A DNA stretch of 64,000 nt, from positions 58,962,001-59,026,000 of the forward strand of contig CM126218.1 of assembly GCA_052327205.1 (NCBI GenBank), written 5' to 3'. The DNA comes from Somniosus microcephalus (Eukaryota). Under the pieces are notes generated by a model that did no database searches, was not told the origin of the DNA, and worked only from the letters and a program-made list of their open reading frames with translations. The position numbers were made by a program, and so were the translations under genes. Positions 1 through 11,063 of the stretch are shown piece by piece (the first letter of the stretch is position 1; each line of letters starts with the position of its first letter).

Positions 1-1038
1 AACTCAGCCAAATTGTCCAGAAGTGGTCCAGTTCCATCGTTGTATAACAGCAATGAAGCATGTTTGTCTGTTAGATTCTTTCATGTTGGTCACAGAATAA
101 ACAGGTTGACGTAAGAAAACTACTAGGCACTTGGTCTAAGTGTTAAACAAAGCTTTAATCAACTGGTTTACAACATGGAGGTCTAGTTGTGTCCTTCACT
201 AGTTCCTGTTAAGAATGTCCTGCACAAGCTGGGCCCGTGCCCAAGTATTTATACTCTCCCTGGACAGCGCCACCCGCAGGCCGCTCAGTTGATTCATGTC
301 ACAGGTTAAGGCCTATTGCTATCTATTTCTGCAAATTGCATAGAATATACATTACAGTCTGGTTAATTTTTATACCTCAGGAAAAGGCAGCAATCACATG
401 GGGAAAAGTCAAACCTGAAATAAAGATGAACAAACTTAAACTTCGGCTCTTTTGCGGTTAATTTTTTTTGTTGTCAGTTTCCATGATTTGACAGATTACA
501 CTGATTGCCCGGCTCTGGGGGGGGAGGGCGGGGCGGTGGCACAGTGCAACCTGTGGAGGAGCAGTGAATGACAGACCACAACTTCAGGATTTTCGAGTTA
601 GGCTGCGCATGCGCTAAATCCTGAAGTTGCGGTCAGTTTCATCGGCGAAATGTCAGCGAACACTGCAGTTTGCAGTCATCAGGACCGCAAGGTCCGGGCA
701 AGCTTAAGATGTTTGAATTGAATAGAATGGCTTGGTCCATTGACCTGTGTCAAATAATTTGAATAAGCAGTTGGGTGGATTTCCATCCAAGTACAATGGC
801 AGCAATCCAACCATGCAGAGCAAAGCCTTTCTGGGCAATCCATGTCTCTGCCTTTTCCTGAGGTATAAAAATTAACCAGACTAATGTATATTCTATGCAA
901 TTTGCAGAAATAGATAGCAATAATAGGCCTTAACCTGTTTATTCTGTGACCAACATGAAAGAATCTAACAGACAAACATGCTTCATTGCTGTTATACAGC
1001 GATGGAACTGGACCACTTCTGGACAATTTGGCTGAGTT
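1..1038. repeat. Inverted duplication: arms 1-390 (interrupted by the LTR) and 848-1038
   Basis: 1-106 and 302-390 are near-perfect reverse complements of 848-1038 (one substitution, two small indels seen). The left arm runs off the window edge. Confidence 0.92.
107..301 (-). mobile_element. Solo LTR (195 bp)
   Basis: TGAC...GTCA termini and a 5-bp TSD CAGGT (102-106, 302-306). The empty site is visible in the inverted copy near 925-945. TATAAATA and ATTAAA occur in LTR order on the minus strand. Confidence 0.8.
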
Positions 1039-4000
1039 TCACACTGGGCAATGTGCTTACTAACTGAACCATGAGGGAAAACTTTTAAATTAGGACAGTA
1101 TTGATACAAATGCATCAGAATAAGTGAACAATTGTAGTTGATTTAATTGAGCTGCTTGCTCAAGATATGTACAAGTTAAATTTAATTTTACTTTGGAAGT
1201 GAAACCCATCTTTTTTGTATGGGCCCTCTTGGCATCAATTACTGTGCTACTGGCAGTACAGAAACATCTCCAGGTACTCCTTCTGCTCCCACTTGCCAGC
1301 CAAAAAAAAAAATCAAGGGATATGCTAAAATTAACAATCCACTGAAACATTATTTAAAAAATCTCAAACTCCTACAAGAGCGAAATGATGCAACCAAGTT
1401 CCAGGGTTCAGATTCAGGATATAAATGACTGAAGTTTAGCTCCCATGATTTGCCTGGACTTAAACTCTGGGATTGGATCGAACTCCCTCCCCAGGTGCGT
1501 GTTAAAAGTTTTTCATTATTATGAAAGCTTAGGTAAACCAAGAAAGAATATATTTGACAATAATATCTAGTATAGCATGATTATTAAATAAAGGAAGTAA
1601 AATATTTTCAATGCCTTCCCTTGTGCAGAATTTGCTTTACTTTGTTATCCAGATTTTTTTGCCACTTTATATCTAAAGACACTTAGAGCACAAATGCAGT
1701 CCTCCAATTACACCGAATGTTCTTTGCTATAAAAGTAAAATGGAAACTTGAAATAAAGCATTCTTCATTGTGCTGCAGCAACATTTCTGACATTCCTGTA
1801 GGTGTTTTGTCATCAGTTTACAAAAGCCTTGTACTTGAACCACTCCACTCTCCTGGAAGTAGCTTTGCACTTTTCTGACAAACTTACTGGGATTGTCATT
1901 AATGCAAAGGGACAGGAGACTGAATATTTAGGACTCATGAAAAGGGCATCAGTTTGGTTCACAGAGACTTCTGGAGTTTGCATTCAATAAAACAGTAAAG
2001 TGAACTGACGAGCTTTGCAAATTGCTGAAGATGTGAACATTGATTGAGTTGACAGTCGCTGTGCATGTCAGTATTTTAAAATAAGAGAGAGTTAATGCTG
2101 CTCCAGGGTCACCAATCTACTGTTAAGGACTGACTGGAATAATGTAATTGATGCATAACTGGCACCAAAACAAACCACCACCAGATAAGAGGCTGGTGAC
2201 AGTGGGTTGTTAAAAGCAAATTCATGCAGGTACTCCGTTATTTAAAACATATATACAAAATGCAGCAATGTAAAGTTTTTGTTTCAGATTTCCAGTTTTG
2301 TTTTCTTTTTATATTTGTATAGCAATGTAAAGACAAGTTGAAAACAGTCTGTATAAAACAGTGAGTATGAAACTTCTAGTTTTTATTCGTGTGAATGGAA
2401 AAGAGCATAGTACCTTCACTAGCCCCAATCTAACTGAGCTATGATATGTTAACTTTTACAGAGAGGCTGTCGAGAATAATTTTCACTAAAATGAGAACAA
2501 AATTGAGGGGGAGATAAAGAGGTAGAAACCTAAATATGCCTCGGGCTGCAAATAGTTTTGAAGATTTATCTAATTGGACAAGCGGATAGCCTGATGAGCA
2601 ATAAAAAGTATAATTTCAACCTTAGTTGAGGTGCTAAATTTAAAGAGGCATTGTATTCATTAAAAAGGCGCTGAGAAAACTATTTCACATAGGGATGGAG
2701 GGGAGCCAGAACATGAATTTGCAGATTTTCATCATAATATCCTGCATAAGTGATAAGTTTGAAGTGATTGCTTTTCTTTATAAACACAATGAAATGATGT
2801 CAAACGTTTGCTAACACTCTTGCAGAAGCACAGTACTGCTCCTGGAACATAAACAAAGCATGGAAGAAAAAAAAGGTATTTTGGTCCATTACGTTCATTT
2901 CTTCTACAGACCACATACAATTCACTATCATTGACTCCACCCAACCTATCTAATTACCTGAGCAAAGATTCTACAAAGCTTTGCTCTGTCCCTCACAAAA
3001 GGTAAATCCACCAAACTTCCAGAATATTGACATCCTAAGTCCTATCGTTCCAGCAGTTCAGGAATCATTATATTCCACACAACATTCAACCAGTTCTATT
3101 TAGCATCTAAGCTCCAAATATGTTACCTTCCACACCCTTCCTCTTGCTTACATCTTCAATATATCGAAATATGTACTGAATTTCCCTCCAATTTAATTAT
3201 CTGATCTAACATTATTTTAGCCGATCTACCAGGCACAAGTTTTTGATTCTAAATGCATGCTCAATATTCCTTATGACTTTTGTTGTTCTCTAGCTATACA
3301 TTGATACTATAGGCCTCCAAACAGTAGTGGTAATGTAGGGGATGGCATCAAACAGGAAATTAGAGATGCATGTAACAAGAGTACTACAGTAATCATGGGT
3401 GACTTTAATCTACATATAGACTGGCCAAACCAAATTAGCAATAATACTGTGGAGGATAAATTCCTGGAGTGTGTACGAGATGGTTTTTTAGACCAGTACG
3501 TTGCGGAGCCAACTAGAGAATAGGCTATCCTAGATTGGGTATTGTGCAATGAGAAGGGGTTAATTAATAATCTTGTTGTGCGGGGTCCTTTAGGGAAGAG
3601 TGACCATAACATGATAGAATTTTTAATTAAAATGGAAAGTGAAGAAGTCCAATCCGAAACTAGGGTCCTAAATCTAAACAAAGGAAACTACGAAGGTATG
3701 AGGAGTGAGTTGGCTATGATAGATTGGGGAGCTTCATTAAAAGGCATGATGGCGGATAGGCAATGGCTAACATTTAAGGAACGAATGCATGAATTGCAAC
3801 AGTTATACATTCCTTTCTGGCTCAAAAACACAAAAGGAAAAGCAGCCCAACCATGGCTAACAAAAGAAATTAAGGATAGTATTAGATCTAAAGAGGAGTC
3901 ATATAAAGTTGCCAGAAAAGTAGCAAGCCTGAGGATTGGGAGCAGTTGAGAGTTCAGCAAAAAAAGGACCAAGAGATTGATTAAGAGGGGAAAAATAGAG

Positions 4001-4756
4001 TATGAGAGTAAACTTGCAGGGAACATAAAAGCGGATTGTAAAAGCTTCTACAAGTATGTAAAAAGAAAAAGATTAGTGAAGACAAATGTAGATCCCTTAC
4101 AGTCAGAAACGAGAGAATTTATAATGGGGAACAAGGAAATGGCAGAGCAATTAAACAAATACTTTGGTTCTGTCTTCACAGAAGAGGACACAAATAACTT
4201 CCCAGAAATGCTAGGGAACCAAGGGTCTAGTGAGAAGGAGGAATAAAAGGAAATTATTAGTAAAAAAAAGTGCTGGAGAATTTAAATCGGACTGAAAGCT
4301 GATAAATCCCCAGGGCCTGATAATCTGCATCCCAGAGTACTAAAAGAGGTAGCCATGGAAATAGTGGATGCATTGGTTGTCATCTTCCAAAATTCTATAG
4401 GTTATGGAACAGTTTCTGCAGATTGGAGGGTGGCAAATGTAACCCCACTATTTAAAAAAGGAGGGAGAGAAAACAGAGAACTACAGACCGGTTAGCCTAA
4501 CATCAGTAGTAGGGAAAATGCTAGAGTCTATTATGTATAAAGGATGTGATAACAAGACACTTAGAAAATATCAACAGGATTAGAGAAAGTCAACATGGAT
4601 TTATGAAAGGGAAATCGTGTTTGACAAACCTACTGGAGTTTTTTGAGGATGTAACTGGTAGAATAGATAAGGGAAACCAGTGGATGTGGTGTATTTGGAT
4701 TTTCAGAAGGCCTTTGATAAAGTCCCACATAAGAGGTTAGTGTGCAAAATTAAGTC

Positions 4757-5704
4757 ATGGCAGTAGAGCTCGGACCTGTGTCATGCTCCTCCTGTAACAT
4801 GTGGGAAATCAGGGACGCTTCCTGTGTCCCTGACGACTATGTGTGCGGGAAGTGTGTCCAGCTGCAGCTCATGTGGGACCGCATGACGGCCCTTGAGCTG
4901 CAGATGGACTCACTTTGGAGCATCCACGATTCTGAGAGGGGTGTGGATAGCACATTTAGTGAGTTGGTCACACCGCAGGTTAAGGCCAGCGTAGACAGTA
5001 CATGGGTGACCAAAAGGCAGAGCAAGGGCAGGAAGGTAGTGCAGAAATCCCCTGGGGTTGTCTCCCTTAGCAACAGGTTCACCGTCTTAGGTACTGTTGT
5101 CGGGGGGGGTGACGCATCGGGGGAAGGCACCAGCAGCCAGGCTCATGGCACCATGACTGGCTCTGTTGCAAAGAAGGGAGGGAAAAAGAGTGGCAGGGCT
5201 ATAGTAATAGGGGATTCGATTGTAAGGGGAATAGATAGGGGTTTCTGTGGTCGCGACCGAGACTCCAGGATGGTATGTTGCCTCCCTGGTGCAAGGGTCA
5301 AGGATGTCTCGGCGCGGGTGCAGAACATTCTGGAGGGGGAGGGGGAACAGCCAGTTGTCGTGATACATGTTGGTACCAACGACGTAGCTAAAAAAAGGGA
5401 AGAGGTCCTACAAGTAGAATTTAGGGAGTTAGGAGCCAAGCTAAAAAGTAGGACCTCGAAGGTAGTAATCTCTGGATTACTACCAGTGCCACGTGCTAGT
5501 AAGAGTACAGAGAACAGGATAGTTAGGCTAAATACGTGGCTTGAGCAGTGGTGTAAGAGGGAGGGTTTTAAATTTTTGAGGCATTGGAACCAGTTTTGTG
5601 GTAGGTGTGACCTATACAAAAGGGACGGTCTACACCTGTGCAGAGATGGAACTGATGTTCTCGGGGTAATTTTTGATAAAGCAGTTCGGGAGCATTTAAA
5701 CTAG
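4757..5704 (+). CDS. CR1 ORF1p: CxxC..CxxC zinc finger, coiled coil and SGNH/GDSL esterase domain
   Basis: 315 aa; CSSC and CGKC motifs, VIGDS, HVGTND, DGLH. Confidence 0.92.
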   Translation: MAVELGPVSCSSCNMWEIRDASCVPDDYVCGKCVQLQLMWDRMTALELQMDSLWSIHDSERGVDSTFSELVTPQVKASVDSTWVTKRQSKGRKVVQKSPGVVSLSNRFTVLGTVVGGGDASGEGTSSQAHGTMTGSVAKKGGKKSGRAIVIGDSIVRGIDRGFCGRDRDSRMVCCLPGARVKDVSARVQNILEGEGEQPVVVIHVGTNDVAKKREEVLQVEFRELGAKLKSRTSKVVISGLLPVPRASKSTENRIVRLNTWLEQWCKREGFKFLRHWNQFCGRCDLYKRDGLHLCRDGTDVLGVIFDKAVREHLN

Positions 5705-8646
5705 TATGGCAGGGGGCTAGAAACCTATGTAGTGAAATAGAGGAAAGTGAAAGGCAGACAGAAATAAATGGTAAAAGGGTGAGGAACAAAAAACAAAGGG
5801 CCAAACTAATTCATAAAAAATGTGAGCATAAAAAAAGCCTGAGGGTTTTATACCTTAATGCGAGAAGCATCAGGAACAAGGTAGATGAATTAGCTGTGGA
5901 AATAGAGGTTAATAATTATGATCTAATTGGGATTACGGAAACATGGTTGCAGGGTGAGCAGGGCTGGGAGCTTAACATACAGGGGTATTCAGTATTTAGG
6001 AAGGATCGACAAAAAAGAAAGGGAGGAGGGGTAGCATTGCTAGTAAAAGAGGGGATAAATGCAATTGAAAGGAAGGATATTAACTCAGTTAATACAGAAT
6101 CTATATGGGTGGAGCTAAGAAATAGCGAGGGGCGAAAAACATTAATAGGAGTGGTATATAGGCCTCCAAATAGTAAAATAGAGGTTAGGGAGGGCATCAC
6201 GAGGGAAATTAGAGAAGCGTGCAATAAGAGCACAGCTGTCATCATAGGTGACTTTAACTTACATATAGATTGGACTAGCCTAATCAGTAAAAATAATGAG
6301 GAGGAGGAATTCCTTGAGTGTTTAAGGGATGGTTATCTGGATCAATATGTCGAGGAACCAACTCGGGAACAGGCTATATTGGACTGGGTACTGTGCAATG
6401 AGAAGGGACTAATCAGTAATCTTGTTGTACGGGGACCCTTGGGTCAGAGCGATCATAACATGATCGATTTCTCACTCGAAATGGAGAGCGAAGAAATTGA
6501 CTCAGAGACTAAGGTCCTGAATTTAAACAAGGGGAATTATGATGCCATGAGACGGGAACTGAGTAGGTCTGATTGGACAACGTTCCTGAGAGGACTGGAG
6601 GTAGATAAACAATGGCAAACATTTAAAGATAGAATGACAAAATTGCAAAAATTGTTTATACCAATCTGGCATAAAAGGAAATCTAAAAAGGTGACTCAAC
6701 CGTGGATAACAGGGGAAATTAGAGACAGCATAAAATCCAAAGATAGGGCGTATAAAATAGCCAAAAAAAGCGCCAGAGCGGAAGATTGGGAACAGTTTAA
6801 GATAGAGCAAAGGAGGGCAAAGGGCATGATCAAGAGGGGCAAAATAGCTTACGAAAACAAGCTGGCGGAAAATATAAAAACTAACTCCAAAAGCTTTTAT
6901 AAATATATCAAAAGGAAAAGACAGGTGAAAACCAAAGTTGGTCCATTGCAGTCAGATACGGGGGAATATATAATGGGAAATAAGGAAATGGCAGATCAAC
7001 TAAATGCATACTTTGGGTCAGTCTTTACGAAGGAAGACACAAAAAACCTCCCTGGGATATCGGGAAAAATAGGGACATTGGCAAAGGAGGAACTGACGCA
7101 AATCAATATCTCTAAGGATATGGTGTTAAGGAAGCTAAAGGGATTGAAGGTGGACAAATCCCCAGGGCCTGATAACATGCATCCTAGGGTACTGAAGGAG
7201 GTGGCCCTAGAGATAGCGGATGCACTAAGGATGATTTTTCAGAATTCATTAGACTCGGGAACAGTGCCGATGGATTGGAGGGTAGCTAACGTTACCCCAC
7301 TATTCAAAAAGGGGGGTAGGGAAAAAGCAGGTAATTACAGACCTGTAAGCCTTACATCAGTTGTGGGCAAAATGCTGGAGTCCATCATTAAGGATGAAAT
7401 AGCGGAGCACTTAGCAAATGGGGACAGGATAGGACAGAGTCAACATGGATTTACAAAGGGTAAATCGTGCTTGACTAATCTATTGGAATTTTTTGAGGGA
7501 GTAACTGGTAGAATAGATGGGGGAGAGCCAGTAGATGTGGTGTACCTGGACTTCCAAAAGGCCTTCGATAAGGTCCCACATAAAAGATTAGCATGGAAAA
7601 TTGAGGCTCATGGGATAAAGGGGAAAGTTTTGGCGTGGATAGGGAACTGGCTGTCAGATAGAAAACAGAGAGTTGGAATAAACGGCTCATTTTCTGAATG
7701 GCAGGCAGTAACAAGTGGGGTACCACAGGGATCTGTCCTGGGCCCCCAGCTGTTCACAATTTACATTAATGACCTGGATCAGGGAGTCGGATGCAGCATT
7801 TCCAAATTTGCAGACGACACTAAACTAGGAGGTGGGGTGGGCTCAGAGGAAGAGACCAGGAAGCTCCAGAGCGATTTGGACAGACTGGGCGATTGGGCGG
7901 ATAAATGGCAGATGCACTATAATGTGGACAAGTGCGAAGTTATCCACCTTGGGTGCAGGAACGGGAGGGCAAATTATTATTTAAATGGCAATAGATTGGG
8001 AGAGGGGGAAGTACAGAGAGACCTGGGTGTTCTTGTACACCAGTCACTGAAGGCGAGCATGCAGGTGCAACAGGCGGTCAAGAAGGCAAACGGTATGCTG
8101 GCCTTCATAGCAAAAGGGTTAGAATACAGGAACAGGGATACCTTGCTGCAGCTGTACAGGGCACTGGTGAGACCACACCTCGAGTACTGTGTACAGTTTT
8201 GGTCGCCTCATCTGAGGAAGGATGTTCTTGCCATGGAGGGGGTGCAGCGGCGATTCACCAGGCTGATACCAGGAATGGCGGGAATGACCTATGAGGAGAG
8301 ACTATGTAGTTTAGGGATGTACACACTGGAGTTTAGAAGATTGAGAGGGGACCTCATAGAAGTGTATAAAATTCTGACAGGTCTAGACAGACTGGATGCA
8401 GAAGGAATGTTTCCCTTGGCGGGTGAAAACAGAACTAGAGGACATAATTTAAGGATAAGGGCTAAACCATTTAGGACAGAGATGAGGGGGAATTTCTTCA
8501 CTCAGAGAGTGGTGAACCTGTGGAACTCATTGCCACAGAGGGCAGTGTACGCCAGCTCATTAAATATATTTAAGAGGGAATTAGATATATTTCTACGGGC
8601 AAAAGGGGTTAAGGGTTACGGAGAGAAGGCGGGGACGGGATACTGA
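5680..8646 (+). CDS. CR1 ORF2p: AP endonuclease plus reverse transcriptase (frame open from 5680; true start unclear)
   Basis: Uninterrupted frame with YLNARS, ITETWL, YRPP, GDFN, SDH, PGPD, YRPVSL, GVPQGSVLGP and FADD. Confidence 0.95.
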   Translation, partial: SSSGAFKLVWQGARNLCSEIEESERQTEINGKRVRNKKQRAKLIHKKCEHKKSLRVLYLNARSIRNKVDELAVEIEVNNYDLIGITETWLQGEQGWELNIQGYSVFRKDRQKRKGGGVALLVKEGINAIERKDINSVNTESIWVELRNSEGRKTLIGVVYRPPNSKIEVREGITREIREACNKSTAVIIGDFNLHIDWTSLISKNNEEEEFLECLRDGYLDQYVEEPTREQAILDWVLCNEKGLISNLVVRGPLGQSDHNMIDFSLEMESEEIDSETKVLNLNKGNYDAMRRELSRSDWTTFLRGLEVDKQWQTFKDRMTKLQKLFIPIWHKRKSKKVTQPWITGEIRDSIKSKDRAYKIAKKSARAEDWEQFKIEQRRAKGMIKRGKIAYENKLAENIKTNSKSFYKYIKRKRQVKTKVGPLQSDTGEYIMGNKEMADQLNAYFGSVFTKEDTKNLPGISGKIGTLAKEELTQINISKDMVLRKLKGLKVDKSPGPDNMHPRVLKEVALEIADALRMIFQNSLDSGTVPMDWRVANVTPLFKKGGREKAGNYRPVSLTSVVGKMLESIIKDEIAEHLANGDRIGQSQHGFTKGKSCLTNLLEFFEGVTGRIDGGEPVDVVYLDFQKAFDKVPHKRLAWKIEAHGIKGKVLAWIGNWLSDRKQRVGINGSFSEWQAVTSGVPQGSVLGPQLFTIYINDLDQGVGCSISKFADDTKLGGGVGSEEETRKLQSDLDRLGDWADKWQMHYNVDKCEVIHLGCRNGRANYYLNGNRLGEGEVQRDLGVLVHQSLKASMQVQQAVKKANGMLAFIAKGLEYRNRDTLLQLYRALVRPHLEYCVQFWSPHLRKDVLAMEGVQRRFTRLIPGMAGMTYEERLCSLGMYTLEFRRLRGDLIEVYKILTGLDRLDAEGMFPLAGENRTRGHNLRIRAKPFRTEMRGNFFTQRVVNLWNSLPQRAVYASSLNIFKRELDIFLRAKGVKGYGEKAGTGY

Positions 8647-8679
8647 ATTAAAGGATCAGCCATGATCTCATTAAATGGC

Positions 8680-8743
8680 GGAGCAGGCACGAAGGGCCGA
8701 ATGGCCTACTCCTGCTCCTATCTTCTATGTATCTATGTATCTA
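8680..8743 (+). other. CR1 3'UTR stem-loop and octamer tail
   Basis: GGAGCAGG (8680-8687) pairs with CCTGCTCC (8711-8718); inner GGCC-GAAT-GGCC; ATCTATGT repeats follow. Confidence 0.85.
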
Positions 8744-8904
8744 TAAAGCACATGGGATTGGGGGTAATATACTGGCATGGATTGAAAATTGGTTAAAACA
8801 GACAGGAAACAGAGAGTAGGAATAAATGGGTCTTTTTCGGGGTGGCAGGCGTGACTAGTGGGGTACCGCAGGGATCAGTGCTTGGGCCCCAGCTATTCAC
8901 AATA

Positions 8905-9444
8905 CAGGAAACTAGTTTAAACGGCACCTAAATATCCGGAATTCTCTATTAACCGGCAAAATTCTCACTCCGAAAACAACACCTCAATAACCGGCAATGT
9001 TGCCGAGTCCAAGTCCCCCGCGGTGGCCGAGTTAGTCAGTGGGGGTAGTTCTCCAAACTGCCACTACTCGGCTTTTTGGCGCTGTCGGAAGTCGGAACAC
9101 CTCAATACCCCTGTAACAGGAGTGTGACTCTCCCGCGCTGCCGGTAGTCTCTTCTGATCCGCCATTTTACAGGGGTACTGTGTGTCTCCCACGCTGCTGG
9201 TAGTCATTGCATTGCATTACCCTCAACTGGCAGTACTGTACTTAATCAAGCATCTTCCACCATCCATTTAACACAACATTCTGTAGGTGAGTACCCAATT
9301 ACTGTATACTGCATATTTATTGATTTTTTAAAATTTTTCTTTGTTAAAAATAGCCTCGGTAGATAACTCTCTCCGTCATCTGGAATTTTTAATCAACCGG
9401 CAACACGGCGGTCCCGTCTGTGCCGGATACCAAAGAGTTTTCTG
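8905..9444. mobile_element. pogo/Tigger-like (Tc1/mariner superfamily) MITE, 540 bp
   Basis: TA TSD and imperfect CAGGAAACT.../...AGTTTTCTG TIRs. Removal restores host codons F-T-I-Y-I-N-D. Confidence 0.82.
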
Positions 9445-11063
9445 TATATATCAATGATTTGGATGAGGGAACCAAATGTAATATTTCCAAGTTTGCCGAC
9501 AACACGAAACTAGGTGGGATTGTGGGTTGTGAGGAGGATGCAAAGAGGCTTCAAGGCGATTTAGACAAGTTGAGTGAGTGGGCAAATACATGGCAGATGC
9601 AGTACAACGTGAATAAATGTGAAGTTATCCACTTCGGTAGTAAAAACAGAAAGGTAGAGTATTATTTAAATGGTGCTAGATTGGGAAATGCTGATGTACA
9701 AAAGGGACCTGGGTGTCCTTGTACACCAGTCACTGAAAGCAAACATGCAGGTGCAGCAAGCAGTTAGGAAGGCAAATGGTATGTTGGCCTTCATTGCAAG
9801 AGGATTTGAGTACAGGAGCAAGGATGTCTTACTACAGTTGTACAGGGCCTTGGTGAGACCACACCTGGAGTACTGTGTGCAGTTTTGGTCTCCTTACCTA
9901 AGGATATACTTGCCATAGAGTGAGTGCAGTGAAGGTTCACCAGACTGATTCCTGGGATGGCAGGACCATCGTATGAGGAGAGATTGGGTTGACTAGGCCT
10001 GTATTCACTAGAGTTTAGAAGAATGAGAGGGGATCTCATTGAAACGTATAAAATTCTGACAGGGCTAGACAGACTGGATGCAGGGAGGATGTTTCCCATG
10101 GCTGGGGGGTCTAGAATGAGGGGTCACAGTCTCAGGATACGGGGTAGGACATTTAGGACTGAGATGAGGAGAAATTTCTTCACTCAGAGGGTGGTGAACC
10201 TGTGGAATTCTCTACCACAGAAGGCTGTGGATGCAAAGTCACTGAATATATTTAAGGAGATAGATAGATTTCTAGACACAAAAGGCATCAAGGGGTATGG
10301 GGAGAGAGCGGGAATATGGTATTGAGATAAAGGATCAGCCATGATCATATTGAATGGCGGAGCAGGCTCGAAGGGCTGAATGGCCTACTCCTGCTCCTAT
10401 TTTTCTATATTTCTGTTTCTATCCCTAAAATTGCTCTGAATTGATGGACTGAAATTTTGCTGCAATCTGCCTATCTATTTCTCTCTTGACTTTTCTAATA
10501 TTCATTTGTTACCCCCAACTGAATTTTGTTTAATTCCCATTCTCAAAGTCCTTTTTTCTTTGTATATTTTTTAAATGGGCATCGTTACTTTTGACGTCCT
10601 CATTCAGCTATATTTGAGGTCATTGAAATTTCTCACATAAATGCCTATAGTTCTATGCAAACCTTATAATCATATGAATGCATTAAAATCTGAAGCTCTG
10701 ATTAAAAAAAATTAAAAGTCTTGTGCTCGACCTGAGAAGCACATCGGCTCATAAAGGGTGCAATGCCGTCAGTATCATAAGGGTCTTATCTCATTAACTC
10801 ACATTATTAAAATGTCATGTCTGGAATACTGTATGTCTAATGTAATACTGATAGACCAACCTACAACATTACTTGCTCAATGATAACCATATGACACCAC
10901 AGAACAATCAGATCCCTAGAAGAACACTTTATTTTCCACTTTCTATTTTTTAATTATTTCTAACTTTCTTCCTTTGTATTCTTTTCCCCCTACACGGTTC
11001 CCAGCCTCTCTGCTCTTCCCCAACCCTACCTCACCTCCCAACCAAACACAGCTGCATGCTACA

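Larger units (their letters stand above)
4754..8743 (+). mobile_element. Young CR1 LINE with intact ORF1 and ORF2, nested in the older CR1
   Basis: Host sequence tgcaaaatTAA|...|TAAagcacatggg is rejoined on removal (about 3-bp TAA duplication). (ATCTATGT)n tail at the 3' end. Confidence 0.95.
3305..10420 (+). mobile_element. Older 5'-truncated CR1 LINE, split into 3305-4753, 8744-8904 and 9445-10420
   Basis: YRPP, GDFN, SDH and RT-domain motifs with stops and frameshifts. The sequence resumes across both insertions. CR1 3'UTR stem-loop and ttctat-type tail near 10400-10420. Confidence 0.93.

Noticed and set aside
5706-5720. ATG just after the ORF1 stop as a reinitiation codon for ORF2
   Set aside because: It is in a third frame and encodes only MAGG*.
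5779-5781. ORF-track start of ORF2
   Set aside because: It is a GTG, and the frame is open from 5680, so it is not a supported eukaryotic start.
4837-8501. Multiple minus-strand ORFs over the CR1
   Set aside because: Antisense shadows of the LINE coding frames.
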